Source: Flavobacteriales bacterium | GTDB lineage: Bacteria > Bacteroidota > Bacteroidia > Flavobacteriales_D > UBA2798 | DNA: 64,000 bases | Reading direction: 5' to 3' | NCBI GenBank assembly: GCA_037443205.1 | Contig: JBBIOU010000010.1 | Location: 11,879-75,878 of the forward strand | Shown here: one piece after another, positions 18,296-28,243 of the stretch | Numbering within the stretch: the first letter of the stretch is position 1 | Layout of the letters: each line of letters starts with the position of its first letter | The notes under the pieces: generated by a model | Told to the model about the DNA's origin: nothing | Databases searched by the model: none | The model's input: only the letters and a program-made list of their open reading frames with translations | Position numbers and translations under genes: made by a program

Positions 18296-19660
18296 TTATG
18301 AAAACATTAAAATAAACACTGCGGCACCTGCTAAATAACCTAATAAAGATAATAAGGACATTTTTTTCAGATACCAGATAAAATCTATTTTCTCTAATCC
18401 CATTACGGCTACTCCTGCTGCAGAACCAATAATTAAACAACTACCTCCTGTTCCGGCACAATACGCAAGAAACTCCCAAAATGTTCCGTCTTGTACAAAA
18501 TAAGCATCCCAGCCTGTTGCCCCGGCCGGTGCTAATTCATACATACCTTGTGCTGCAGCTACTAAGGGCACATTATCTACAATGGCTGATAACAAGCCTA
18601 TGATTATATTGATTCCAAGAATTTGAGCCAATTCATTACCTGCCATAACTGAGGATGCTCCGTTTCTTAGGGCATTGGCTAAATTTTCTAAGATATGTGC
18701 TTCTTTTAATGACGAAATAGCTAATAATATTCCCAAGAAAAATAATACGCTGGGAGTATCTATTTTACGTAAGACACTTACAACCGAAAGTTGATTTTTT
18801 TCTTCTTTGTTTTTAGCCTTGTGCATAATTTCGGTTACTACCCATAGTATTCCTAATCCTAACAACATTCCCATAAAGGGTGGTAAATGTGTGATTGTTT
18901 TAAAAACAGGCACAAACAACAACATTAATATTCCTAAAAAGAATATGATGTTTCTTTCTGCATCCGTAGTTGGATTTTTATAGTGCTCCAGCCCCTCTTG
19001 CCTAAGTGGTCTTTGAATTTTTCCTTTCATGGTAAAAGAAAGTAATAATAAAGGGGCAAATAAGCACACCAGGCTGGGGATAATTAATTTTATAACTATT
19101 CCCTGAGCGGTAATTTGTTTATCTATCCATAGCATGGTGGTAGTTACATCGCCAATAGGCGACCATGCGCCACCGGCATTAGCGGCAATAACAATCATTC
19201 CACCAAAAAACCATCGGTCTTTCTGATCGGCAATAAGCTTACGTATCAATGATACCATAACAATAGAGGTAGTAAGATTATCTAATGCTGCCGACATAAA
19301 AAATGTAATGATACAGATAACCCATAATAGTTTAACTTTATTGGTAGTTTTAATTTTATCGGTAATAACTGCAAATCCTTCATGAGCATCAATTAATTCT
19401 ACAATAGTCATGGCACCTAACAGGAAAAATAAAATCTGACCTATCTCGGCAACTGTCATTTCCATTCCGTGTTCAATGTGGTGTTGGGCTGCCTCTGCAT
19501 CAACCCCCAGGATAGCCTGCGCACCAAAAACCAAAATTGTCCATGTTAATACACCTATCAATAAAGCTGATGCTGCTTTGTCAATTTTTATGGGGTGTTC
19601 TAAGGCTATACAAGCATACCCTACAACAAAAATTATTATCATCAATAAAGTAGCGTCCAT
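18296..19660 (-). CDS. nhaD: NhaD-type Na+/H+ antiporter (ArsB/NhaD permease superfamily)
   Basis: 454-aa polytopic membrane protein with an AGGAWSPIGDVTTTMLW motif that I associate with NhaD. Confidence 0.75.
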   Translation of the reverse strand: MDATLLMIIIFVVGYACIALEHPIKIDKAASALLIGVLTWTILVFGAQAILGVDAEAAQHHIEHGMEMTVAEIGQILFFLLGAMTIVELIDAHEGFAVITDKIKTTNKVKLLWVICIITFFMSAALDNLTTSIVMVSLIRKLIADQKDRWFFGGMIVIAANAGGAWSPIGDVTTTMLWIDKQITAQGIVIKLIIPSLVCLFAPLLLLSFTMKGKIQRPLRQEGLEHYKNPTTDAERNIIFFLGILMLLFVPVFKTITHLPPFMGMLLGLGILWVVTEIMHKAKNKEEKNQLSVVSVLRKIDTPSVLFFLGILLAISSLKEAHILENLANALRNGASSVMAGNELAQILGINIIIGLLSAIVDNVPLVAAAQGMYELAPAGATGWDAYFVQDGTFWEFLAYCAGTGGSCLIIGSAAGVAVMGLEKIDFIWYLKKMSLLSLLGYLAGAAVFILMFS

Positions 19661-19662
19661 AA

Positions 19663-20904
19663 TTAACTGTTTTTGTTTGTTATTTTTTGTAAAGAAATTT
19701 CAAATGCCGTTTTTGCAATGTTTTTATTTGTATTGTTATTACGTAGTATTTGCTGTAGCGCTTCTTTGATGGTGTTTGTAACATCATTAAATATATGTTT
19801 ATCGGTAAGTTGTTGTTCGGTTTTAGACATCAGATAGGCAAAAACTCTTGCCATACCGCAGTTAGCTATAAAATCAGGAATTAATGCAATGTGTTCATCC
19901 ACATATTTTGCTATCGGACCAAAAAATATTTCTTTATCGGCAAAGGGAACATTGGCACCGCAAGATACTACTTGCAATCCATTGCTTATTAACTGCTGCA
20001 TTTGCTGCATTGTTAATATTCGCGAAGCGGCACAAGGTAAAAAAACATCGGCATTAAGACTCCATATTTTTTTATTTACTTCTTCAAAGGGCAACATGGC
20101 GCTATGATTTAATGCGTTGCCATTTTTAGAAATAAATAGTTCGCGTATTTCTTCAAAGGTAAAACCATTTTCATTAATTAATCCGCCTGCTCTGTCTATG
20201 ATACCAACTATACCGGCTCCGCATTGGGCAGCGTAATATGCAGCAGCAGAAGCTACGTTACCCCAGCCCTGTACAATAACACGCTTATTTTTGAAGGAAT
20301 GGTTTTGTAATTCGTAAAACAAACGTACCGACTCAGAAACGCCAAAACCTGTAATCATATCTGCTACCAAATATTTATTACTGATATCCGGACTGTAGTA
20401 CGTGTCGCTGATTACTTTACTTACTCCTTTTCTAAGATTATCAATACGCAACTGTTTAGTTTCATCGTTTCCGAAATGTCCGCAAACAACTCCTTCCTGA
20501 GGATGCAGTAACCCTAATTTGGCTGTGATGGGTATAACCTCATGCACTTCGTCAACATTTAAATCTCCTCCTGTACCATAATAGTGCTTTAACAGAGGCA
20601 ATACAGCCTGATACCATCTTGTAAGCACGTCTTTTTTGCGGGGATCGGCAGGATCGAAATTTATACCTGATTTTGCACCACCTATTGCAGGTCCGGCAAT
20701 ACTGAATTTTATTTCCATGGTTTTTGCCAGAGCAATCACTTCATTTTTATCCAAACCTTTGCGCATACGAGTACCTCCTCCGGCTGCTCCTCCTTTTAAA
20801 GAATTAATTACTACCCAACCTTCGGCATCTGTTTCACTATCCTTCCACTCAAAAACTATTTCCGGGCGCTTTTCTTCAAATTTTTTTAGTTGTTCTAGCA
20901 TCAA
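19663..20904 (-). CDS. Glu/Leu/Phe/Val dehydrogenase family protein
   Basis: GGGTRM substrate-domain motif, IGGAKSGI catalytic-lysine region and GWGNVA Rossmann motif. Confidence 0.85.
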   Translation of the reverse strand: MMLEQLKKFEEKRPEIVFEWKDSETDAEGWVVINSLKGGAAGGGTRMRKGLDKNEVIALAKTMEIKFSIAGPAIGGAKSGINFDPADPRKKDVLTRWYQAVLPLLKHYYGTGGDLNVDEVHEVIPITAKLGLLHPQEGVVCGHFGNDETKQLRIDNLRKGVSKVISDTYYSPDISNKYLVADMITGFGVSESVRLFYELQNHSFKNKRVIVQGWGNVASAAAYYAAQCGAGIVGIIDRAGGLINENGFTFEEIRELFISKNGNALNHSAMLPFEEVNKKIWSLNADVFLPCAASRILTMQQMQQLISNGLQVVSCGANVPFADKEIFFGPIAKYVDEHIALIPDFIANCGMARVFAYLMSKTEQQLTDKHIFNDVTNTIKEALQQILRNNNTNKNIAKTAFEISLQKITNKNS

Positions 20905-21005
20905 TGTATTTTATCATCAAAACCCGACAAAGGTATTAAAAGCCCTTATTGCTGTTTAAATTTCTATACAAAAAGTTTTAATGCCTACAATGTTAATTAT
21001 TAAAA

Positions 21006-21013
21006 TACTTTTG
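21006..21013 (+). promoter_or_regulatory. Bacteroidota-type -7 promoter box (TAnnTTTG)
   Basis: TACTTTTG lies 48 nt upstream of the ATG at 21062, in a divergent intergenic region. Confidence 0.25.
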
Positions 21014-21061
21014 TTTTTCTTAACGTATTCATTATGATTAATTTGCATTATATTTAATCCG

Positions 21062-21637
21062 ATGAATTATTTAATTGTAAACTGCGGCAGTAAAAAAACT
21101 CCTGAAATAGCTAAAAAAGTCAACATGCTGGGTGCGCATACAGATATTATTAATTTACATGAAACCATACCACTTAATTTTAACACATATACAGGAATAA
21201 TAATGAGCGGTGCTCCCATTTTATTAACTGAAACTCACCCTGATAACTTAATAAATCAAATAAAGCCATTGATATTTTCCAAAATACCCCTGCTGGGAAT
21301 ATGTTTTGGTCATCAACTGCTGGGTTTAGCATATGGCGCACAAATTAAGCGATGCAGTGAAGATAGAAGCGAACAAGAAATAGAGATATTTAATCATCAG
21401 GATTTATTCAGCGGATTTAATCAAACCGCCCTCTTTAACGAAGACCATTGCGAATGTATCAGCCTACCGAAAGAATTTATCTTGCTTGCTTCTTCAAAAA
21501 TATGCCGAAACGAAGCCATGAAACATGCATATTTACCATTTTTCGGGGTGCAATTCCATCCCGAAACATCAGGAGAGAATGGCACTGCATTATTTAAAAA
21601 TTTTATGAATATTTGTGAGCGTCAATACATGCAATAG
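21062..21637 (+). CDS. class I glutamine amidotransferase (GuaA-N-like)
   Basis: GICFGHQLL nucleophile elbow and the FGVQFHPE His/Glu motif. Confidence 0.8.
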   Translation: MNYLIVNCGSKKTPEIAKKVNMLGAHTDIINLHETIPLNFNTYTGIIMSGAPILLTETHPDNLINQIKPLIFSKIPLLGICFGHQLLGLAYGAQIKRCSEDRSEQEIEIFNHQDLFSGFNQTALFNEDHCECISLPKEFILLASSKICRNEAMKHAYLPFFGVQFHPETSGENGTALFKNFMNICERQYMQ

Positions 21638-21640
21638 CAC

Positions 21641-22927
21641 ATGATTTTAAATTACGTTTGGATTGCTTTTATTCTCATAGCTTTTATAGTAGCTTTATTT
21701 AAACTATTATTCGAAAATGATTTGGCTGTGTTTGGAACCATGTTTGCCGAAGCGCTTAGCATGGCAAAATTTTCGGTGATGGACATTGCTTTGCCTTTAT
21801 CGGGAGTAATGATATTTTGGATGGGGATGATGAAAATAGCAGAAAATTCGGGACTGGTTAATGTATTTTCAAGCTGGTTATGGCCTTTTTTTAAGTACCT
21901 GTTTCCGGAAGTACCTAAGGGGCATCCGGCAGCAGGGGCTATGGCCATGAATTTATCAGCTAATGTGTTAGGACTTGATAACGCAGCAACCCCACTGGGA
22001 ATTAATGCCATGAAAGAATTGCAATCATTAAACCCCGAAAAAGACAAAGCCAGTAATGCGCAAATCATGTTTCTGGTATTAAACACCTCCGGTCTTACAG
22101 TAATACCCAGCAGCATTATTGCTCTAAGGGCTGCCAGCAATTCGCAATCTCCTACCGATATATTCATTCCCATTTTAATCGCCACTGCTGTTTCAACCAT
22201 AGCGGGTATTGCTACAACATCCGTATATCAAAAAATCAATTTATTTAAATCCGGTTTTTTAATACCCTTATTTGTTGTTATTTCTCTACTTAGTTTATTG
22301 GTTGGCAGTATAGTTTATTTTTCTTATTGCGACAGTACATCATTGGCAACAGAAATTACAGATGCTTCTCAGTGTTTTTCAAAAAGGCTGGGTATAATTT
22401 CCGGGTTTGCCGGTTCATTTATCATTCTGCTCATATTATTCACCTTTATTGCTTACGCTTTGCATAAGCGCAACAATGCTTATGAAAGTTTTATAGAAGG
22501 AGCGCGCGAAGGATTTAATACTGCTGTCAGCATTATTCCTTATTTAATTGCTATGCTGGTTGCCATTGCCCTGTTTAGAAGTTCGGGAGCCATGAATTAT
22601 ATAATTGAGGGATTAAGAGGTGTGTTTGCATTATTCACTTCGAAAACAGAATTTGCCGATGCTTTGCCTACTGCACTTATGCGGCCGTTAAGTGGCAGCG
22701 GTTCCAGAGCCATGATGATAGAATGTTGGAAAACCTTTCACGTAGATAGTTTGCAAGGGCGTATGGCCTCAGTAATACAAGGCAGCACCGAAACAACTTT
22801 TTATACCATTGCTGTATATTTTGGCTCGGTAGGCATAAAAAAAGTAAGACATACCATAGCCTGCGGATTAGCTGCTGATATAGCCGGAATTATTGCAGCT
22901 ATTTGGATAAGTTATATTTTTTTTTAA
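21641..22927 (+). CDS. nucleoside-recognition-domain membrane protein (fused SpmA/SpmB-like)
   Basis: 428-aa polytopic protein. The N-terminus MILNYVWIAFILIAF and overall layout resemble fused spore-maturation A/B homologues. Confidence 0.7.
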   Translation: MILNYVWIAFILIAFIVALFKLLFENDLAVFGTMFAEALSMAKFSVMDIALPLSGVMIFWMGMMKIAENSGLVNVFSSWLWPFFKYLFPEVPKGHPAAGAMAMNLSANVLGLDNAATPLGINAMKELQSLNPEKDKASNAQIMFLVLNTSGLTVIPSSIIALRAASNSQSPTDIFIPILIATAVSTIAGIATTSVYQKINLFKSGFLIPLFVVISLLSLLVGSIVYFSYCDSTSLATEITDASQCFSKRLGIISGFAGSFIILLILFTFIAYALHKRNNAYESFIEGAREGFNTAVSIIPYLIAMLVAIALFRSSGAMNYIIEGLRGVFALFTSKTEFADALPTALMRPLSGSGSRAMMIECWKTFHVDSLQGRMASVIQGSTETTFYTIAVYFGSVGIKKVRHTIACGLAADIAGIIAAIWISYIFF

Positions 22928-22962
22928 TTAATATTATATCTAATTTTACTTAAAATATCGTT

Positions 22963-24615
22963 ATGAAATTTTTTTTGCCTACATTTTGTTGTATTTATTG
23001 CCTTGCCCAAGGGCAGTATAAAGAGATTGAAGTAAACTCAACAGTTACCGAAGTAATTGTTTATTTACAGGGTGCACAAGAAACACGCATGGCAAAAGTA
23101 ACTATACCCGAAGGAAACAGTACCCTGCTATTTAAAGGTTTACCCTCTCATGTAAACCCTGCCTCCATTCAATTAACGGGCGTAAATCAGTTTACCATAC
23201 TCTCTGCCAATTTCAGGCAAAACTTTTTAGCTGAAGATAAAAACAGCAAACGCATACAAATATTAACCGACAGTTTAAACATACTTCAAAGAAAACAACG
23301 CGAAATTGAAACAGAAAAAAATATATTAAACGAAGAAAAAAGTATGCTTCAGAGCAATCATAAACTAAGCGCAGATGATAATCTGGACATCGAAAACCTG
23401 ATAGAAATTGGTGATATTTACAGGGAGCGTATGCTTAAAATAGAAATGAAACTTATTGAACTCAATAAAAAAAACGAACAATTGCAGAAAGAAATTAATT
23501 TACATAAAAAAACTTTAAGTTTATTAAACCCTGAACAAAATACTGCAAACGGAGAAGCCCTGATAAGCGTTAATTCGAAGAGCAACATTCATACAACTGT
23601 ATATCTAACCTATGTTACAAATCTGGCCTCGTGGATGCCTTTTTACGACATTAGAAGTTCAGAAGCTGAAGGTCCTATAAGCATTACATACAAAGCCCGC
23701 GTAAAGCAATTTACCGGCACCGACTGGAAAAATGTTAAAATAACTCTTTCTACAGCAAATCCCGATTTATTAAACAATATACCCGATGTGCCGGTTTGGT
23801 ATGTTGATTACTATTATGGAAACAATCAAGCCAAATACGAACAACAAAAATCTATGTACCAACAATATGCCCCGGCCAAACAAAGTAACAAACCAATTGA
23901 TGAAGAAAATAATGCTGCTGAGACAAAAGCCATCAGTAATATTTCGGGCGTAACTATGAGTTCGGGTAGTTTAATTACTAATCTAAACACAACCAATTTA
24001 AACAATACCATTACTATTGAATACGAAATTAAAAATCCATATTCTATACCGGCTGACGCTATGGATTATGTAGTAGAAATAGGCAAATACGATTTTCCGG
24101 CCAGCTATAAATACATTGCCATACCTAAACTAAACGAAGAGGCTTATTTAATTGCCCGCATTACCGGATGGTTTGAATACAACTTATTACCGGCCGAAAG
24201 CAATATTTATTTTAAAGGAACTTATGTAGGCAAAGCTTTTTTAGATACCGAAACCACCAGCGACACCCTGGAGGTATCTATGGGAATTGATGAATCGGTT
24301 GTTGTAAAACGTAAACAAACCAACATACTTAGCAGCCGCAGCGTGATTGGTAATACACGCAAAAAAAATGACGAGTTTGAAATAAATATCCGTAATAACA
24401 AACGAACTAATATCAGCATAGAAATTGAAGATCAAATACCCATCAGTAAACAAAAAGAAATTGTGGTTGAAACGGGCGAATTATCAAAAGCAGAATACAA
24501 CAAAGAAACCGGAAAACTAAAATGGAAAATTGATTTGGCTCCTTCCTCAAATTACCTCATAAAATTTGGATATACCGTAAAATATCCTAAAAGCTATTAC
24601 ATTACCAATCTATAA
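22963..24615 (+). CDS. DUF4139/MuiA-family protein, paralog 1
   Basis: Signal peptide, N-terminal beta domain, central coiled coil (KQREIETEKNILNEE..), C-terminal domain ending ..LKWKIDLAPSS..KFGYTVKYPK. The family name is from memory. Confidence 0.7.
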   Translation: MKFFLPTFCCIYCLAQGQYKEIEVNSTVTEVIVYLQGAQETRMAKVTIPEGNSTLLFKGLPSHVNPASIQLTGVNQFTILSANFRQNFLAEDKNSKRIQILTDSLNILQRKQREIETEKNILNEEKSMLQSNHKLSADDNLDIENLIEIGDIYRERMLKIEMKLIELNKKNEQLQKEINLHKKTLSLLNPEQNTANGEALISVNSKSNIHTTVYLTYVTNLASWMPFYDIRSSEAEGPISITYKARVKQFTGTDWKNVKITLSTANPDLLNNIPDVPVWYVDYYYGNNQAKYEQQKSMYQQYAPAKQSNKPIDEENNAAETKAISNISGVTMSSGSLITNLNTTNLNNTITIEYEIKNPYSIPADAMDYVVEIGKYDFPASYKYIAIPKLNEEAYLIARITGWFEYNLLPAESNIYFKGTYVGKAFLDTETTSDTLEVSMGIDESVVVKRKQTNILSSRSVIGNTRKKNDEFEINIRNNKRTNISIEIEDQIPISKQKEIVVETGELSKAEYNKETGKLKWKIDLAPSSNYLIKFGYTVKYPKSYYITNL

Positions 24616-24620
24616 TTTTT

Positions 24621-26282
24621 ATGAAACAAACTTTAAATATACTTGCTATTGCGATGATAAAAATATTTTCCGTTTTAAACAGCAATGCGCAAGTTAATGA
24701 AATAAGCACCGAGTCGAGTATTCAGGAGGTAACGGTTTTTTTAGAAAACGCACAAATAACGCGCAAAGCTAAATTAAACCTGCAGGCAGGCTCAAATATC
24801 ATTAAACTTGTAAAACTATCACCCTACATCATCCCGTCAAGCATTCAGGTAGCCGGTAATAACTCGTTTACTATTTCATCCGTAAACCATCGTAACAACT
24901 ATTTTACCTCAACCGAAGATAATCCCGAGATAAAAAAATTAACTCAAAAACTCGAACATATCGAAAATGAAATATTAACGAATCAAGCTATGATAAATAC
25001 CTACATGGAAGAAAAAAATCTATATAACGATAACAAAGTATTCTTAGGCAAAAAAAACGCGCCTACCGGTGATAATTACTTAGATATGATTGAATTTTAT
25101 GCAAACCGTTACACGGAGGTAAATAAAAAAATATTAGATTTAACCCTAAAACAAGAAGATTTAATTCTGCAAAAAAATAATCTTAAAAATCAATTAAACT
25201 CACTCAAAAATTCATATAACATTAACCAGGGAGAAATAATATTAAACGTAAATGCAAATACTAAAACTCAGACAGAAATCATCTTTAGTTATGTGGTTAC
25301 TCATGCGCACTGGCGTGCAGCATACGATATTAAAGCTACGGATATTAAATCGCCTATAGAGCTAACCTATAAAGCCAAAGTAACTCAATCGTGCGGAGAA
25401 GATTGGAACCAGGTAAAATTAATCCTCTCTACCGGAAATCCTGCTAAAAACAACAATAAACCTGTTTTAGGAATTTGGGCGCTTAGCGGCTACTCATCCT
25501 CAGGATATGATAAAAAACGTAAAACAGGAAGATACTCGGATAAGGCCTATAGCCAGGCAGATGATTTATATAATGTTAAAAATGAACTTAGTGAAGTTGT
25601 AATAGAAACTAAAAAAATGAAGAATAAAGCCGATAAAACCATAAGCAGCGCAGAATTTACAACCGAAAATCAAACCACCGTAAGTACCGAATTTAGTATT
25701 ACCATCCCCTACTCCATCAAATCAGACGGAAAAGAATATACCGTTGAAATACAAAAAAACCAACTACAAAGCGATTATAGTTATTATGCTGCTCCCAAAT
25801 ATGACAAGAATGCCTATTTAATTGCCGGCATAATAAACTGGGAACAATATAATTTAATTAGTGGATGGGCAAACACCTATTTTACCGATTCATATATAGG
25901 GCGTTCGTATATTGATCCTAAACAAACAGAAGATACTTTGAGCATATCCTTAGGCAGAGATAAATCTGTTTTTATAGAACGAAAAAAAATAAAGGATTAC
26001 ACCCAACGTGCAGGTGGGTCAAGCAAAAAAATAACCATTGGTATAGAAATTAATATCCGAAACACCAAATCAACGCCTGTAAATCTTGAACTGGAAGATC
26101 AAATTCCCGTAAGCAAACAAAAAGACATTGAAGTTGAGCTACTGGAAAAAAATGATGCCAAATACAAGAAAGAAGACGGCTCATTAATATGGAATATTTC
26201 TCTTGCTCCCGGTGAAGGTAAAAAAATTAAATTTGTTTATTCTATAAAATATCCTAAAGACAAAGAATTAAGTAATTTTTAA
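24621..26282 (+). CDS. DUF4139/MuiA-family protein, paralog 2
   Basis: Collinear with the upstream gene over its full length (e.g. LELEDQIPVSKQKDIEV vs IEIEDQIPISKQKEIVV). Confidence 0.7.
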   Translation: MKQTLNILAIAMIKIFSVLNSNAQVNEISTESSIQEVTVFLENAQITRKAKLNLQAGSNIIKLVKLSPYIIPSSIQVAGNNSFTISSVNHRNNYFTSTEDNPEIKKLTQKLEHIENEILTNQAMINTYMEEKNLYNDNKVFLGKKNAPTGDNYLDMIEFYANRYTEVNKKILDLTLKQEDLILQKNNLKNQLNSLKNSYNINQGEIILNVNANTKTQTEIIFSYVVTHAHWRAAYDIKATDIKSPIELTYKAKVTQSCGEDWNQVKLILSTGNPAKNNNKPVLGIWALSGYSSSGYDKKRKTGRYSDKAYSQADDLYNVKNELSEVVIETKKMKNKADKTISSAEFTTENQTTVSTEFSITIPYSIKSDGKEYTVEIQKNQLQSDYSYYAAPKYDKNAYLIAGIINWEQYNLISGWANTYFTDSYIGRSYIDPKQTEDTLSISLGRDKSVFIERKKIKDYTQRAGGSSKKITIGIEINIRNTKSTPVNLELEDQIPVSKQKDIEVELLEKNDAKYKKEDGSLIWNISLAPGEGKKIKFVYSIKYPKDKELSNF

Positions 26283-26372
26283 AACCCTGCTATTTCTTCA
26301 TATAAAAAGACAAGCTGTCAGTATTACAGCCAGGGGCATACGCTTTGATAGATTACGTGAAAAAATACAATT

Positions 26373-28229
26373 ATGCAAACCGGAAAAATAAATGTTCAAA
26401 CCGAGAATATCTTTCCTATCATCAAAAAGTTTTTATATTCCGATCATGAAATATTTTTACGCGAGTTGGTGGCCAATGCCGTAGATGCCACACAAAAACT
26501 TAAAACCTTAGCCGCCATAGGCGAATTTAAAGGGGAAACGGGCTTAATGCAGGTACGTATATCGCTCAATAAAGAAAACAAAACTATCACCATAAGCGAT
26601 AATGGTATAGGCATGACCGAAAACGAAGTTGAAAAATACATCAATCAGGTTGCTTTTTCGGGTGCTAAAGAATTTATGGAAACTTATAAAGATAAAGCCC
26701 AAGGCATTATAGGTCATTTTGGATTAGGATTTTATTCATCCTTCATGGTATCAAAAAAAGTAGAAATTATTACCAAATCCTATAAAGATGAACCTGCCGT
26801 AAAATGGGAATGTAACGGAACACCTGAATATACTATTACTCAACACGATAAAAACACCCGGGGTACAGATGTAATCTTGCATATTGCAGAAGATTCGGAA
26901 GAGTTTTTGGATGAAAACAGACTGAACAATATTTTGAAAAAATATTGCCGGTTTTTACCGGTAGAAATAGTATTTGGCACCCACAAAGAAAAAATTAAAG
27001 ATGAGAACGGTAAAGAAATTGAAAAAGAAGTTGACACGGTTATAAATATTACACAACCGGCATGGGTAAAAGCCCCGGCTACATTAACAGAAGAAGATTA
27101 CAAAAACTTTTACCGCGAGTTATATCCGTTTGCCGAAGAACCTTTGTTTCATATCCACCTCAATGTAGATTATCCGTTTAATCTTACCGGTATATTGTAT
27201 TTTCCGAAGATAAAAAACAACTTTGAAATTCAGAAAAACAAAATTCAATTATATTGTAATCAGGTATATGTAACCGATCAGGTAGAAGGTGTAGTACCTG
27301 AATTTATGATGCTTTTACAAGGTGTTATTGACTCGCCCGACATCCCTCTGAATGTATCACGTTCGTATTTGCAAAGCGACAGCAATGTAAAAAAAATAGC
27401 TGCCTACATCAGTAAAAAAGTAGCCGAAAAGCTGGATGAAATGTATAAAAATAATCGCGATGATTTTGAAAAAAAATGGGATGATATAAAACTCTTTATT
27501 GAATACGGTATGCTAACCGATGATAAATTTTATGAGCGTGCCGTAAAATTTGCTTTACTTAAAAATACTGACGATAAATATTTTACCATTGATGAATACA
27601 CCGACAAAATAAAACCCATACAAACCGATAAAAATAAGCGACTGGTATTTTTATATGCTTCGGATGTAAAACAACAAGACCAGTTTATTGATACTGCCAA
27701 AGAAAGAGGATATGACGTATTGTTATTTAACACTCCTTTATCCCCGCATTTAATTTCAAAATTAGAGCAAAAAATAACCGATAGCTCTTTTGTAAGGGTT
27801 GATGCTGATACAATAGATAAATTAATACAAAAAGATGAAAAATTACCTTCTAAATTAAACGAAAGCGAACAGCAAACTCTAAAAAAATTTTTCGAAACCC
27901 ATGTTGATAAAGAAAAGTATAGTATTCAGTTTGAGAGCATGAGCGAAAACGAAATGCCGGTTATCATTACTCAAACCGAATTTATGCGCAGAATGAAAGA
28001 ACAGGAAGCCATCGGAGGGAGTGGTTTTTATGGCGTATTGCCTGAAATGTACAATTTGGTAATAAACAGCAATCACAAACTGGTAGTTGATTTACTAAAA
28101 GAAACAAGTGATGAAGTAAAAAACAATAAAGCCAAACAACTTATTGATTTAGCCCTGCTCGCTAAAGGATTACTGCAAGGAAAAGAACTTACCGGATTTA
28201 TTAAACGCTCGGTAGAAATGATAAAATAA
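26373..28229 (+). CDS. htpG: molecular chaperone HtpG (Hsp90)
   Basis: Hsp90 N-terminal signature LYSDHEIFLRELVANAVDA and GHFGLGFYS. 618 aa. Confidence 0.95.
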   Translation: MQTGKINVQTENIFPIIKKFLYSDHEIFLRELVANAVDATQKLKTLAAIGEFKGETGLMQVRISLNKENKTITISDNGIGMTENEVEKYINQVAFSGAKEFMETYKDKAQGIIGHFGLGFYSSFMVSKKVEIITKSYKDEPAVKWECNGTPEYTITQHDKNTRGTDVILHIAEDSEEFLDENRLNNILKKYCRFLPVEIVFGTHKEKIKDENGKEIEKEVDTVINITQPAWVKAPATLTEEDYKNFYRELYPFAEEPLFHIHLNVDYPFNLTGILYFPKIKNNFEIQKNKIQLYCNQVYVTDQVEGVVPEFMMLLQGVIDSPDIPLNVSRSYLQSDSNVKKIAAYISKKVAEKLDEMYKNNRDDFEKKWDDIKLFIEYGMLTDDKFYERAVKFALLKNTDDKYFTIDEYTDKIKPIQTDKNKRLVFLYASDVKQQDQFIDTAKERGYDVLLFNTPLSPHLISKLEQKITDSSFVRVDADTIDKLIQKDEKLPSKLNESEQQTLKKFFETHVDKEKYSIQFESMSENEMPVIITQTEFMRRMKEQEAIGGSGFYGVLPEMYNLVINSNHKLVVDLLKETSDEVKNNKAKQLIDLALLAKGLLQGKELTGFIKRSVEMIK

Positions 28230-28243
28230 CTTACGCTGAGGTG

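Noticed and set aside
18279-18440. 54-codon N-terminal extension of the ExbB ORF
   Set aside because: The extension overlaps the 3' end of the upstream antiporter gene by 145 nt and is Cys/Arg/Phe-rich junk. The internal Met (MSVINFF, 18278) gives a normal-length ExbB.
21652-22200. 182-aa minus-strand ORF inside the SpmA/B-like gene, and similar antisense ORFs (e.g. 5946..6305, 12422..12754, 3344..3643, 54895..55302, 50118..50441)
   Set aside because: All lie fully inside longer ORFs on the other strand that carry recognisable family motifs. Their translations are low-complexity and motif-free. These are typical shadow ORFs.
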